Shown piece by piece: positions 42,127 through 52,954 of a stretch of DNA of 64,000 nt. Each line of letters opens with the position of its first letter. Within the stretch, counting starts at the first letter, position 1. The DNA is from Anoxybacterium hadale (lineage in GTDB: Bacteria > Bacillota > Clostridia > Peptostreptococcales > Anaerovoracaceae). The notes under the pieces were generated by a model. The model did not search any database, was not told the DNA's origin, and was given only the letters and a program-made list of their open reading frames with translations. The stretch is taken from the NCBI RefSeq assembly GCF_015243575.1, contig NZ_CP042469.1. One strand, written 5' to 3'. A program made the translations under genes and the position numbers.

Positions 42127-43068
42127 ATGTCCGTTATGCTAAAACCAAAATGTCTAAAGGCCGGGGACCGGATTGCTTTAATCGCTCCATCATCTCCTGT
42201 AACGGAGGAGAAACTGAAGCTGTGCGCCAACTCCGTTAAGTTTCTGGGCTTAAAACCAGTCATTTACCCCTCTGCCACCATGTCACACGGATATTTATCA
42301 GGCCCCGATGTTATCCGTGCGAAAGATATCAACGATGCCTTTCAAAATCCAGATATCGAGGGTATCTTCTGTGTAAGAGGCGGCTATGGAATGACACGAA
42401 TATTGAATAAAATAGATTATAAGTCCATTGCTAAGAATCCAAAGCTTCTGATTGGTTACAGCGATATCACAGGGCTGCACGTCGCGCTCAATCAAAAATG
42501 CAAATTGATTACACTTCATTCACCAATGCCCTCTCGCGGCTGGGACTCGCTGGATTCGGTTACGTTGGGCTGTCTTAGGGAAAGCCTTCTTTCATCAAAG
42601 CCTTTAGGAGCAGCTCCTGAAATGAAAGGGGAACCCATTGAAATCATTCATCCCGGTGTTGCAGAGGGCCAGATCATCGGAGGAAATCTTTCCTTGCTGG
42701 CAGCAACTTTAGGAACCCCCTATGAGATTAATACAAAGAACAAAATCTTATTTATTGAAGAAGTAGAAGAGCGAAATTACAAAATTGACCGGGGCTTAAC
42801 GAGTCTTGCTCTCGCCGGGAAATTCAGGGATTGTGCGGGCATAATTCTCGGAACCTGGGCAGACTGCGGAGATCCCGATGTAGAGCCTGAACACAATCTA
42901 ACGTTGTCTCAAGTTTTTGAGGAGGTCATCAAACCCTTCCAAAAGCCCACCATCAATAATTTCAGAGCAGGCCATATCTATCCTCAAATTACAATCCCCA
43001 TGGGGGTACGAACGCTTCTGGACGCCGATCATGGATCTGTTACATTTTTGGAATCCGCAACCAGGTAA
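42127..43068 (+). CDS. ldcA: LD-carboxypeptidase (peptidase S66, muramoyltetrapeptide carboxypeptidase)
   Basis: GDRIALIAPSS, GYSDITGLH (Ser nucleophile context). 313 aa. Confidence 0.85.
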   Translation: MSVMLKPKCLKAGDRIALIAPSSPVTEEKLKLCANSVKFLGLKPVIYPSATMSHGYLSGPDVIRAKDINDAFQNPDIEGIFCVRGGYGMTRILNKIDYKSIAKNPKLLIGYSDITGLHVALNQKCKLITLHSPMPSRGWDSLDSVTLGCLRESLLSSKPLGAAPEMKGEPIEIIHPGVAEGQIIGGNLSLLAATLGTPYEINTKNKILFIEEVEERNYKIDRGLTSLALAGKFRDCAGIILGTWADCGDPDVEPEHNLTLSQVFEEVIKPFQKPTINNFRAGHIYPQITIPMGVRTLLDADHGSVTFLESATR

Positions 43069-43270
43069 CAAAAGAAAAACTTGTTATAAATCCCTTGCCC
43101 GTCCCATATTTTATGTATATAATAACATTAGAGAAAAGAACCGTCATAGATTACACACATTTCCTATGAAGGGCTTTTATTTAATGTGATTAGAATGCAT
43201 TTAAATGAAAGGCCTTTTATTTTTTTATTTTAGAAAAATAAAAGCTTTCAAATTTTACGGAGGTGCGGAG

Positions 43271-43678
43271 TTGTCCAGGCAAATTTACATTACAGAAAAT
43301 GACAAGAATAAGTTAAAGAAATTAATCGTGAACGCAGTGCTTGAAGGTCTGCAGTCAGATAAATCGTTCGGGCACTTGAGAGACGAAATTGAAAAGGCGA
43401 AGGTCCTTGACGGGAGAAAGTTACCCCAAAACGTGATAACAATGAACTCTAAGGCTTTAATCTCAATCAATGGCAACGAAGAAGAGGTTACCTTAGTCTA
43501 TCCGCAAGATGCGGATCTGATCGAAAACAAAATTTCGATTCTTTCCCCAATCGGTACCGCCATCTTAGGTTATAGCGAGGGTGATACAATCCAATGGTCT
43601 GTTCCCTCGGGTATGACAGAAATACATATCAAGGAAGTTCTTTACCAGCCAGAAGCCGCAGGTGATCTGCACCTGTAG
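43271..43678 (+). CDS. GreA/GreB-family protein, Rnk-like (regulator of nucleoside diphosphate kinase type)
   Basis: VITMNSKALISINGNEEEVTLVYPQDAD...YQPEAAGDLHL resembles my recollection of Rnk. TTG start has a GGAGG RBS. Confidence 0.6.
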   Translation: MSRQIYITENDKNKLKKLIVNAVLEGLQSDKSFGHLRDEIEKAKVLDGRKLPQNVITMNSKALISINGNEEEVTLVYPQDADLIENKISILSPIGTAILGYSEGDTIQWSVPSGMTEIHIKEVLYQPEAAGDLHL

Positions 43679-43823
43679 GATTACTGCAAAACAGAGCTTG
43701 AAGCACTCTTCCCGATCGTATCGGGGCAGGTATCTCAAGCTCTCTTTTCTTTTTGATTCTTATCGATTATTTGTATTCATAGGTTCACTCGCTTCAGCGA
43801 CTTTTTGGAAATATTTAAAGAAA

Positions 43824-45578
43824 TTACACATTCTTGTGTCTTTGAATTTTTTTCGTTGTGGTTTTGATAAATTCGTCTTTCCGTACAGCAATGTTTCTGA
43901 TGCGCTTGTATATGGGAAGCTTCTCATTGATCTCTGAAATGACTCGTTTAATCAGCGACTGAACTTCTTCTTCCCCAAAACCTTCTCCAAATTCCTCATA
44001 AATGACCTCATAATTGGGTCTGACCTGTGCACTGACCAGAGTATCCTCATTGTCATCATCTTCATAGCCGTGAACCAGGCTCTCCTGAATGTATTTATTA
44101 CGGTTAATGTAATATTCTACTTCTTCAGGATAGATATTCTTTCCGTTTTTGGTTACGATAACGTTCTTCTTCCTGCCTGTAATATAGAGCCAGCCCGCAT
44201 CGTCTAAAAATCCAAGATCTCCAGTGTGGAACCAGCCGTCACGAATTACTTCTGCAGTTTTTTCCGGCAGATTGTAATATCCCAGCATAACATTTGGTCC
44301 TCTGTATATGATTTCACCAATTCCATCTTCATCCTTGTCGATGATTCTGATCTCACCGCTTGCGACGGCTGGCCCTACGGAGCCTGCCTTCTTTGAATCA
44401 TAGAAATCAGGGGTTCCTGAAACCAAGGGCGCACATTCTGTGAGACCGTAGCCTTGCAGCATTTTCAGACCTAGATCGTCATATCCCCGCAGAACATTCG
44501 GATCAATTCCTGCTGCTCCTGATATCAGCAGCCTCAATTTCCCTCCAAACTTCTCGTGGATACTCTTAAACAGTTTTCGGCTTGCATCCATGCCCAGCGA
44601 TTTCATGGTTTTATTGAATTTAATCGCCTTTTTCAGGGTCTTGGCTTTTCCTGTTTTTTCTGCTTGTTTCCAGATTTTATCATAGATGGATTCAAAGATG
44701 AGCGGAACGCCAATGAGCACAGTGGCCTGCGCTTCTACCAAGTTCTTATTTACATATTTAAGCCCCTCACAGAACGCGGTAGAGGCTCCCCGATACAAAA
44801 TAAGGGACATACCCATTGTCGATTCAAATGTATGATGGATCGGAAGGATGGATAACGTCCGATCCTCCGGTGTGATGAGAGCAATTTTACAGGTATCCAT
44901 TACGTTTACTGCAATATTGCGATGACTGAGCATAACACCTTTTGCAGCATCCGTTGTTCCCGATGTGAACAGAATTATTTTCATTTCGTCAGGATCAATA
45001 ATACTGTCGATAAAGCTCAAGTCGCCGCCACGAACCAATGCCTCGCCCGATGCCACCAGGTCTTCCCAGTTACAAATACTGCCTTTCACCGGCTCAGCGT
45101 CAGAAACTTTTAATGGTTCGTTTAGATCAGTCCTATCTCCATAAACCTTCATTCTGATTTTGTAGTCAATCTCGATATCGCTTACGTACTCTTCAAAGCT
45201 CTGGGTAAAGAATACTGCTTTACAGTTCGCAGTCCGCAGAAGATTTTGAATTTCTTCTTTTCCCAGTTCCTTATCTAAAGGAACAACAATTCCTGCCCCA
45301 TTTACTACCGCAAAATAAGATGCAATCCATTCATAACAGTTTTCACCAATTATCGCAATTGCGGCATCCTTGAGTCCCATTGAGATCAACTTCGTTCCGA
45401 GCGCATCAACGTCATTCTTGACCTGCGCGTAAGTAATTTCCTCATACGCCCCACCCTTCACTTTCTTCGTCAGAAAGGCGGTTCTGTCTTTATGTTGCTG
45501 CGCACTGGAATTCAGCATATCCTTAAGCGATGTTATATTGCTGACTTCATGGTACTTTTCTTTCAGTTTATTTTCCAT
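43824..45578 (-). CDS. Long-chain-fatty-acid--CoA ligase (AMP-binding)
   Basis: FTSGTTDAAKGVMLSHRN AMP-binding motif, YGLTE. 584 aa. Confidence 0.85.
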   Translation of the reverse strand: MENKLKEKYHEVSNITSLKDMLNSSAQQHKDRTAFLTKKVKGGAYEEITYAQVKNDVDALGTKLISMGLKDAAIAIIGENCYEWIASYFAVVNGAGIVVPLDKELGKEEIQNLLRTANCKAVFFTQSFEEYVSDIEIDYKIRMKVYGDRTDLNEPLKVSDAEPVKGSICNWEDLVASGEALVRGGDLSFIDSIIDPDEMKIILFTSGTTDAAKGVMLSHRNIAVNVMDTCKIALITPEDRTLSILPIHHTFESTMGMSLILYRGASTAFCEGLKYVNKNLVEAQATVLIGVPLIFESIYDKIWKQAEKTGKAKTLKKAIKFNKTMKSLGMDASRKLFKSIHEKFGGKLRLLISGAAGIDPNVLRGYDDLGLKMLQGYGLTECAPLVSGTPDFYDSKKAGSVGPAVASGEIRIIDKDEDGIGEIIYRGPNVMLGYYNLPEKTAEVIRDGWFHTGDLGFLDDAGWLYITGRKKNVIVTKNGKNIYPEEVEYYINRNKYIQESLVHGYEDDDNEDTLVSAQVRPNYEVIYEEFGEGFGEEEVQSLIKRVISEINEKLPIYKRIRNIAVRKDEFIKTTTKKIQRHKNV

Positions 45579-45806
45579 TTCCTGCTTTGCTCCTCACTAG
45601 AATAGTATTACTACATAATAAGGTATGTATTATCATGTTATATATTATATAAGATGATATGCGATATTACTATAATACATGAATTAGAACGACAAGTAAA
45701 TATAATTTCATCACATAACACCTGGCCTTTATGGATACAAAGATAAAGTATTTCCACTCTTTTACCGGGTATGCTATACTATAAGAAAAAAACAGGAGGT
45801 CGTTTT

Positions 45807-46514
45807 ATGACTGCACATATTTACGCTGCGAAAAAAGGAGAAATTGCCGAATCCATCCTCTTGCCCGGAGATCCGCTGAGAGCAAAATTTATCGCAGAGA
45901 ATTTTTTGGAAAGCCCGAAATGTTATAACGAAATTAGAGGAATGCTGGGTTATACCGGTATCTATAAAGGCGTTCCTGTTTCTGTTCAGGGAACCGGCAT
46001 GGGTATGCCATCCATGGGAATTTACAGCTGGGAGCTGATTAATGATTACGGAGTACAAAATCTGATCCGTATTGGTTCCGCAGGTTCCTTCCACGAAAAG
46101 GTTAAAATCAGAGATATCGTATTTGGGGTGAGCGCTTCAACTGATTCAAACTATATCCATACCTTTGGGGTCAACGGAAACTATGCACCCTGTGCCGATT
46201 TCGATCTTTTGATGAAAGCCAAAGACGCAGCGGACAAGCAGGGAATCTCCTTCCATGCCGGAAATATCGTATCCTGCGATGTGTTTTATGAGCAGCAGGA
46301 AGGCTGGTGGCAGAAATGGGCCAAGATGGGCGTTCTCGCTGTAGAAATGGAAGCAGCCGCACTCTACATGAATGCAGCATATCTGGGAGCTAAGGCGCTC
46401 TGCATCATTACCATCAGCGATCACTTTATCACTTCTGAGCAATCCACTTCGGAGGAAAGAGAAAAGTCCTTCACCGATATGATGAAAATTGCGCTGGAAG
46501 CGGCTATCGCTTAA
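45807..46514 (+). CDS. deoD: Purine nucleoside phosphorylase DeoD-type
   Basis: MTAHIYAAKKGEIAESILLPGDPLRAKFIAE...GTGMGMPS. AGGAGG RBS. Confidence 0.9.
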   Translation: MTAHIYAAKKGEIAESILLPGDPLRAKFIAENFLESPKCYNEIRGMLGYTGIYKGVPVSVQGTGMGMPSMGIYSWELINDYGVQNLIRIGSAGSFHEKVKIRDIVFGVSASTDSNYIHTFGVNGNYAPCADFDLLMKAKDAADKQGISFHAGNIVSCDVFYEQQEGWWQKWAKMGVLAVEMEAAALYMNAAYLGAKALCIITISDHFITSEQSTSEEREKSFTDMMKIALEAAIA

Positions 46515-46575
46515 GCAACGATTTACTTTAAGAACCATATTATTTCTTTATAAAGCATCCAAATAAAGCATCTAA

Positions 46576-46619
46576 AAAGCTGCAGCCTTCGATTTGATCT
46601 GTCCTGCAGCTTCTTTTTA
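46576..46619. terminator. Bidirectional intrinsic terminator between deoD and the response regulator gene
   Basis: AAGCTGCAG...CTGCAGCTT hairpin flanked by an A-run (5') and T-run (3'). Confidence 0.6.
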
Positions 46620-46692
46620 TATTAGCTCTACAATGAATGGTTGAGTTAACCATTCAAAGATGGGGCTATGACATTTTCCATTGTAATCCGCA

Positions 46693-47751
46693 TTATAGCT
46701 TAAAATCAATCTCATGTTCGCTGTCGTCTATCTTGTAATGATCCTCTTCAAAGAGAGAGAGACAAGCAGATACAACCTCGCTGTTATAATATCTGCCCCC
46801 ATTGGTTCTGATCTCATTCAGCGCCTTTTCAAGCCCAAGAGCCGGCCGATATGGCCGATGCGACATCATGGCTTCCACCACATCTGCAACCATCAAAATC
46901 TGTGCCTCCATGGAAATTTCGCTCCCGGAAAGCCCTCTTGGATATCCTGTTCCGTCACATCGTTCATGATGCTGACGAATGGTCTGAGCAATGTTAATTG
47001 GGAGGTCGACCTTCATCAGCATTTCATAACCGCTGTCGGAATGGGTTTTAACCATTAACAATTCCAGCTCTGTCAAGGATCCCGGCTTCGATAGAATTTC
47101 CGCAGGAATTGCGATTTTCCCAATATCGTGGATATAACCGATCATTCGAATTTCTTCAATAGCCTTTTCATCCAGCATCATCTTTCTTCCGATCTCAGCA
47201 GAAAGATTTCCTACCCTTCTCTGATGCCCCGCGGTATAAGGATCCCTTGCCTCAACGACTGAGGAAAGAAGCGATATGATCCCTTGCATTGCTGCTTTCA
47301 GCGCATTGGTCTTCTCTTCTACAATGTGCTCCAGTCCCCTTTGATACTTAAGGTTTTGTCGTTCCAGTTCTTCCTTTTCGTCGATCAGTCTCTTAACCTT
47401 TTCCGCATGGCGGATGGCTGATATGAAGTTTTCCTTTTTGATTGGTTTGGTCAAATAATCATTTGCACCACTTTGAACAGCTTTAACTGCTGTATCCACC
47501 GTAGGTTCACCGGTCATAATAATAATTTGGACGGTCTGAGATTTTTTCCGGATTCGTTCCAACAGTTCAATCCCAGTAATTCTCGGCATGATAATATCTG
47601 TCACGATAATATCATAGTTTATTTCATCCATCATCTGGAAGGCTTGGTTTGCATCAACAGCAGTATCGATCTCATAACCTTCCGGTCTAAGAAATTCCGA
47701 TAGAGTAATTCGCATGCTTTTTTCATCATCAACAATTAAAACCTTAAACAT
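46693..47751 (-). CDS. Response regulator with HD-GYP domain (c-di-GMP phosphodiesterase type)
   Basis: N-terminal receiver (VLIVDDE, D at DIIMP) plus HD-GYP (HDIGK...HHERCDGTGYPRGL). Confidence 0.85.
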   Translation of the reverse strand: MFKVLIVDDEKSMRITLSEFLRPEGYEIDTAVDANQAFQMMDEINYDIIVTDIIMPRITGIELLERIRKKSQTVQIIIMTGEPTVDTAVKAVQSGANDYLTKPIKKENFISAIRHAEKVKRLIDEKEELERQNLKYQRGLEHIVEEKTNALKAAMQGIISLLSSVVEARDPYTAGHQRRVGNLSAEIGRKMMLDEKAIEEIRMIGYIHDIGKIAIPAEILSKPGSLTELELLMVKTHSDSGYEMLMKVDLPINIAQTIRQHHERCDGTGYPRGLSGSEISMEAQILMVADVVEAMMSHRPYRPALGLEKALNEIRTNGGRYYNSEVVSACLSLFEEDHYKIDDSEHEIDFKL

Positions 47752-47760
47752 AATTCTCCC

Positions 47761-49842
47761 TCATAGACTCCAGCCATTGTCGACAGGCAAAATAAGTATA
47801 AACTTTGTATAGCAGCCTTCCTTGGTGTCGATGGAAATACTGCCATGGTGATCCTTAACAATACCGAAGCTGATAGAAAGACCCAGCCCAGTTCCTGTTT
47901 CTTTGGGTTTGGTTGAAAAGAACGGCTCAAAAATCTTTTCCCGAATATTCTCCGGAACACCGTTTCCGTGGTCTTCAACAATGATTTTCATCCATCTGCG
48001 ATCCGCTTCAAAAAAGTGAGTACAGGACAGTCGGATAATTTTGTTCTCATCATACTCCTGATACTTTTCATTTAGTGCATCCCTGGCGTTTGTCATCAAA
48101 TTCATAAGGACCTGCTGGATTTGCTGACTCCGGCATTTAATATCCGGCAAATGGTCTTCAAGATCCACTTCCAGTGTAATTTGATCCCGTTTCACAACTG
48201 TGTTGATGAGAGAAATCGTCTGATTAATAATGTCATATATGCTGGCATAACTATGGGATTGCTTTTCCTGCCTGGAAAACTGAAGCAGGTTTTTCACAAT
48301 GGTGGCCACGCGATCGGTCTCCTGCAGAATTTCACCTGCATACTGAGAGATGGACTCATTTTGAGATTCTGAAAGATCTAAAATCAACTGTGCATAATTC
48401 ATGATACCGTTGATTGGATTATTAATTTCATGGGCAACACCTCCTGCCAAAGTGCCAATGGCTTCCAGCTTCTGTTGCTGCCGCAGCTGTGCTTCTACTT
48501 CGTTCTTTGCATGCTCCAGCCGTTTTCTTTCCGTAATATCTCTGGCGAACACAAGAGCTCCGTCCAAACTTCTATAGTGCAGCGGAACCGCCGTGACATC
48601 CACATCTACAGAAGTTCCATCGAGCTTTATAAAAACTTCCTCATTGGGCGGAACCGCCTTCTTTTCCTCATTTAACTGGTGAATTCTTTCATTGATGATT
48701 GCATGGTACTCTGGATGAAACCGCTCCATGACAGAAGCCCCGATCAATTCAGCTTCAGATTCTGCACCGAACAAGGAAACAGCAAACCGGTTTAAAAATG
48801 AAAATTTGCCATCTGTCTGGATAAAGATTGCTTCCGGTGCACTTTCAATTAATAGGCGAAATCGTTCCTCGCTTTCCTGCAGGGCCTTTGTTGCAGCCGC
48901 GCTTTCGGATATGTCATGGACTATGGAATAATTGATTTGCTTTCCATTGATCATCAGTGGCCCGCTGTATACTTCCACATCAATTTCCTTTTCAGATGCG
49001 GTTTTGTGCCGAAAGAAAAAGTGGTTCTGTTTTAAAGCTATAGAGTGATTCAAATTTTCTTTTACTTCAGCTTCGCTCAACGTATTAATCTCGCTGATCT
49101 TCATCTTCTTGAGCGTTTCAAGGGGCCAGCCATAAAATTCAACTGCAGCGGGATTTGCATCCACAATATCGGCAGTTTCTGGATCAATAAGAAGCATTAC
49201 CGCATAATTACTATTGAAGATACTAGCATATCGTCCCTCAGCTTCATCGATCATCATTCGTGCTTCTTTTCGATACTTTTGATGAAAAAGAATTGTACTC
49301 AACAGAACCGTTACGAATGGATAAAGAACCATGATTGGCAAGCTGACCTCCGTCAAAACCTCAAGAGGCTGAGGCCAGGGCAATATGAAAACACAAGAAA
49401 GCATTGCGATATGAAGAATCACTCCAAAAAGATAGATATGAATCCACTTCCATTTCTTTTTGTCCGAAAAATTGAATTGACGCCAAAGGATGCCGATCAG
49501 ACAGGAGGAAATAATGATTGCACAACCCGCCAGTACTCCGGCTCCGCCGATATAGATCCGGTAGAGAATCAGCATAAAACCTGCAATTACAGAAGGGACA
49601 GCGCCAAAGGTTAAGGCGGTAACACCAAGGAGAATAGAGCGGGTATCAAAGAGTATGCCGCTTTTCAGATGGAGGGGAACACTCATGATTGCCAGACCGA
49701 TTAGACCGATAAGAAGCCCATTGATTAGAGGAACAGACCGTTTCCAACGATCGTTGAGTAAGTAAGAAAATTCATAAATTACAATCAAGGCCATAAGAAG
49801 TGCAGAATTATTGATCAAACCCACAAATAGATTCGTATTCAT
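47761..49842 (-). CDS. Sensor histidine kinase with multi-pass membrane N-terminus and tandem PAS domains
   Basis: About 6 TM, two PAS, HisKA (HEINNPINGI), HATPase_c (GTGLGLSI). 10 bp from the response regulator gene. Confidence 0.85.
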   Translation of the reverse strand: MNTNLFVGLINNSALLMALIVIYEFSYLLNDRWKRSVPLINGLLIGLIGLAIMSVPLHLKSGILFDTRSILLGVTALTFGAVPSVIAGFMLILYRIYIGGAGVLAGCAIIISSCLIGILWRQFNFSDKKKWKWIHIYLFGVILHIAMLSCVFILPWPQPLEVLTEVSLPIMVLYPFVTVLLSTILFHQKYRKEARMMIDEAEGRYASIFNSNYAVMLLIDPETADIVDANPAAVEFYGWPLETLKKMKISEINTLSEAEVKENLNHSIALKQNHFFFRHKTASEKEIDVEVYSGPLMINGKQINYSIVHDISESAAATKALQESEERFRLLIESAPEAIFIQTDGKFSFLNRFAVSLFGAESEAELIGASVMERFHPEYHAIINERIHQLNEEKKAVPPNEEVFIKLDGTSVDVDVTAVPLHYRSLDGALVFARDITERKRLEHAKNEVEAQLRQQQKLEAIGTLAGGVAHEINNPINGIMNYAQLILDLSESQNESISQYAGEILQETDRVATIVKNLLQFSRQEKQSHSYASIYDIINQTISLINTVVKRDQITLEVDLEDHLPDIKCRSQQIQQVLMNLMTNARDALNEKYQEYDENKIIRLSCTHFFEADRRWMKIIVEDHGNGVPENIREKIFEPFFSTKPKETGTGLGLSISFGIVKDHHGSISIDTKEGCYTKFILILPVDNGWSL

Positions 49843-50123
49843 CTAGATACCCCCTGGTTTACTGCGACGATAATCTGTGATTCTACTGTCTTTATCCCCT
49901 GTGTGCTATATAACTATAAAATACTCTTTTTTTCGACAAAATGCAAGAATTTTGAACAATATCGTTTTCTTTACATTTTTCCATATATCCCCATGGGGTT
50001 GTCCTACTCAGACACATAATCATTTACAATTCTTTGCCTGTGGTCTCAGGTGGCTTATCGACAAGTCTTAGCTTCTAATTATCTGCAGGCTATCATAGAT
50101 CACCAATTATGGAACTAGCTAAT

Positions 50124-51332
50124 TTATGTGCGCGGTATTAGCCTGATAATGCGATCATCTTCCGGTCTGGGCACACCTCCCCTGCCATCCCGATTGCTGG
50201 TGGAGATGTAGATAGACCCATCGTCAGCTTGAATCACATCTCTAAGCCGACCATATTCTCTTTGGAGCCATGGCTCGATTCCTTGAACTGCAGTGCCGTC
50301 TTCCGATAGTAAAATGGACATCAGCTTTTGTCCGCGAAGCGTTGCAACCAGTAAGCGGTTCTGCCACGGCCCTTGATCAAGATAAGCGATCCCGGATGGG
50401 GCCCAAGTCTCGGTTCCAGTATTTACAAGGGGTTTTTGAACGATGAGTTCATTGGATTCTTCATCACCGGTTACAAGGGGCCAACCGTAGTTGCCTCCTG
50501 GAATGATCAAGTTGATTTCATCCCGGGCTTCTGAACCGTGATCTGATGCGTACATTACATTATTTGCTGAATCCCAGGCCAATCCCTGAGGATTTCGCAG
50601 ACCATAGCTGTATACAGGTGACCCAGGATAGGGATTGTCTGCCGGAATTCTGCCGTCAAGCTCAATGCGAAGGATCTTGCCGGCAGTACTTGATAAGTTC
50701 TGCGGAAAAGAGGTATTCCCAGCATCCCCCGTGGAAATATAAAGCTTCCCATCTGGTCCGATCTTGATCCTGCCTCCGTTATGAACAAGGCCTCCGGGAA
50801 TTCTATCGATGAGAACCTGATCGATAAAGGCTCTGTTATTCTGCTCAATCAAGCGAACAACACGGTTATAGATTTGATTGTCCTCTGAATAAGAATGCAT
50901 GACGTAGATAAAATGATTTTCCAAGAAGTCAGGATCCAGCACGATGCCCAACAGCCCACCTTCCCCCTCACTGATAAAAGGTGCCTGAAACGTCATAATC
51001 GGCTCTGGATAAAGCACTCCATTCTGGATCATTCTCAGAGTCCCCGGCCGTTCCGTAAAATAGATTCTTCCGTCCTGACTGATGTCCATTGCCCATGGAA
51101 CATTTAGATCCTCGGCGATGACCTGGACTTCAAAGGGAAATCCCTCCTGAGAACCTGATGGTGAACTTACCTCTGCAGCGAAAGGGGTATTTATATAGGG
51201 AGATATCATTCTTTTTTCATGCATCTCCAGCTTACTCTTGGTTTGAATCCTTAGGAATTCTGGTCTACGAAATTCCCGTCTCTTTTTTCCGATTAGAAAA
51301 AGAGAATTGATGTTGAATTTACCCCCGGACAT
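50124..51332 (-). CDS. PQQ-dependent sugar (glucose/sorbosone) dehydrogenase, beta-propeller
   Basis: Resembles the YliI/soluble aldose sugar dehydrogenase family (GGLLGIVLDPDF, NYGWP). The start is uncertain and I saw no clear signal peptide. Confidence 0.7.
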   Translation of the reverse strand: MSGGKFNINSLFLIGKKRREFRRPEFLRIQTKSKLEMHEKRMISPYINTPFAAEVSSPSGSQEGFPFEVQVIAEDLNVPWAMDISQDGRIYFTERPGTLRMIQNGVLYPEPIMTFQAPFISEGEGGLLGIVLDPDFLENHFIYVMHSYSEDNQIYNRVVRLIEQNNRAFIDQVLIDRIPGGLVHNGGRIKIGPDGKLYISTGDAGNTSFPQNLSSTAGKILRIELDGRIPADNPYPGSPVYSYGLRNPQGLAWDSANNVMYASDHGSEARDEINLIIPGGNYGWPLVTGDEESNELIVQKPLVNTGTETWAPSGIAYLDQGPWQNRLLVATLRGQKLMSILLSEDGTAVQGIEPWLQREYGRLRDVIQADDGSIYISTSNRDGRGGVPRPEDDRIIRLIPRT

Positions 51333-51414
51333 ATTCTGCTCTCCATTCCTTATAAATTCAATCTATGCTCCCTTTCCATGATATTATTTAAGTTGGTGTT
51401 TCATGACGGTTATA

Positions 51415-52833
51415 CTAATTTCTTATTCTTGCTTTTTTACTCCACAGTAGGATAATGATCAGGATGATTCCTGCAAGAAGGAATGGCCAGAACATTGCTA
51501 TAAAGAAAGGCACATATCGAAGACCATCCAAAGATTTCTCTACCTTATCAAGAGATGTAATCTGTTCCTTATGATACAAGGTGAAAAGAAGCTCATCCTC
51601 CGGCAAACCATCAAGTACCGTGATGTATCTTCTTTCTCCATCCAAAGTAAGAGGCAGAGAACTTTCGATCACAAACGGTGCCTTCTCCGGTGTGCGAATT
51701 TCCAGTTCCAGCTCACCAAAGGACTTCCAATGTTTGGCCGGGCTCAGCAAGTATGTATAGTGATACTGGGGAGAGCTTGTCTCACGGCGATCCATGGTTC
51801 CGCCAGTCAAGTACCCTACGCGTATCGTTCGTTCAGAACCCGCAGGGAAGTCAACGGAATAAAGCAGTGTTATAACTCGATCTTCATGAGAAGCAGAAAG
51901 AGCTTCGTCCAGCAAGCTGTACCCAGCAACAAGTCCATCACTCCAAATTCTGCTTAGGTAAAGATTCAGCAGCTGGGTCTCATCTACTGCCGTTGTGATT
52001 TCCCTCCTGAGATCCCGATGGATTTCATCCATCAGATATTTCCGTGGGTCAACACTGCTGACTTCCTCCTCGAAATAAAAGTCAGCAGGGTCAGCTTTTA
52101 CGCCATCTTCAGTCAAAACCTCTGTTTCCAGGTGGATCGCTTCACCCAAGACGAGCACTTCCACCACCTTCTCTTTATCTTTATAAAGCCCGGCACCAAT
52201 GGAAGAGCCCTTCCCCTCAGTGTAACTCGCCATATTAAAATTTTTCCCAATTAACCTAGTTTGTTTCGGGTCGGCATTAAAAATCACTTCGAATCGCAGA
52301 TTTTCCTCTTTGGCTGGTTTGATCCGGTAGCGAACAAGCTGGGCCTTCTGATTCAAATCAAATCCCGGCAGCTCATATTCCGCAGTGGAGATATGAAAAC
52401 CACCGTAACGAAAATGCGCATCAGAATCATATTTGTGTTCAGCAGCCTCCATAGCCGGATAAACCTCGTAGGATACCCTGCTGCCGTCAGTTTCAACAAT
52501 CAGATCCTTCACAGAGAGCTCTGCCAGACTGGAAACCAGTGAAAAAGCCATCTGCACCCTCTGGTCAGCATTAGAGGAATTCATCATCTGATATTCTGCG
52601 GTTACCGCCGCTGTTGGCGAAAAGCCAAATTGCTCTTGCCTAATACTGTTATAATCAAAAATCAGTTTTTCCCTTTTCACTTCAATTGGTGATGCTTCAT
52701 CCACAAGAAGTACTTCTGAATAGGGATATCCCTCCCAATAGGTGGGGGCTGAGTTTGCAGACGCCGCTGCCGACTGCATCAATATCAAAGTGATTACCAA
52801 TATAATTGTTCTGAATCTCAATTTAATCATCAA
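51415..52833 (-). CDS. Hypothetical secreted protein with signal peptide and C-terminal TM anchor
   Basis: MMIKLRFRTIILVITLILMQSAAASA signal peptide. C-terminal FIAMFWPFLLAGIILIIILLW anchor. I recognise no domain. Confidence 0.55.
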   Translation of the reverse strand: MMIKLRFRTIILVITLILMQSAAASANSAPTYWEGYPYSEVLLVDEASPIEVKREKLIFDYNSIRQEQFGFSPTAAVTAEYQMMNSSNADQRVQMAFSLVSSLAELSVKDLIVETDGSRVSYEVYPAMEAAEHKYDSDAHFRYGGFHISTAEYELPGFDLNQKAQLVRYRIKPAKEENLRFEVIFNADPKQTRLIGKNFNMASYTEGKGSSIGAGLYKDKEKVVEVLVLGEAIHLETEVLTEDGVKADPADFYFEEEVSSVDPRKYLMDEIHRDLRREITTAVDETQLLNLYLSRIWSDGLVAGYSLLDEALSASHEDRVITLLYSVDFPAGSERTIRVGYLTGGTMDRRETSSPQYHYTYLLSPAKHWKSFGELELEIRTPEKAPFVIESSLPLTLDGERRYITVLDGLPEDELLFTLYHKEQITSLDKVEKSLDGLRYVPFFIAMFWPFLLAGIILIIILLWSKKARIRN

Positions 52834-52954
52834 GTACCTCTTTCTCCCTTTAACCCTATACCAAACCCATTATTTTAATTCTATAGGAATTATTTTACTT
52901 TCGCAAGTTGAAAAGCCCCTCACCTATTGGTGAAGGGCTTGAAAGAAGCTCTAC

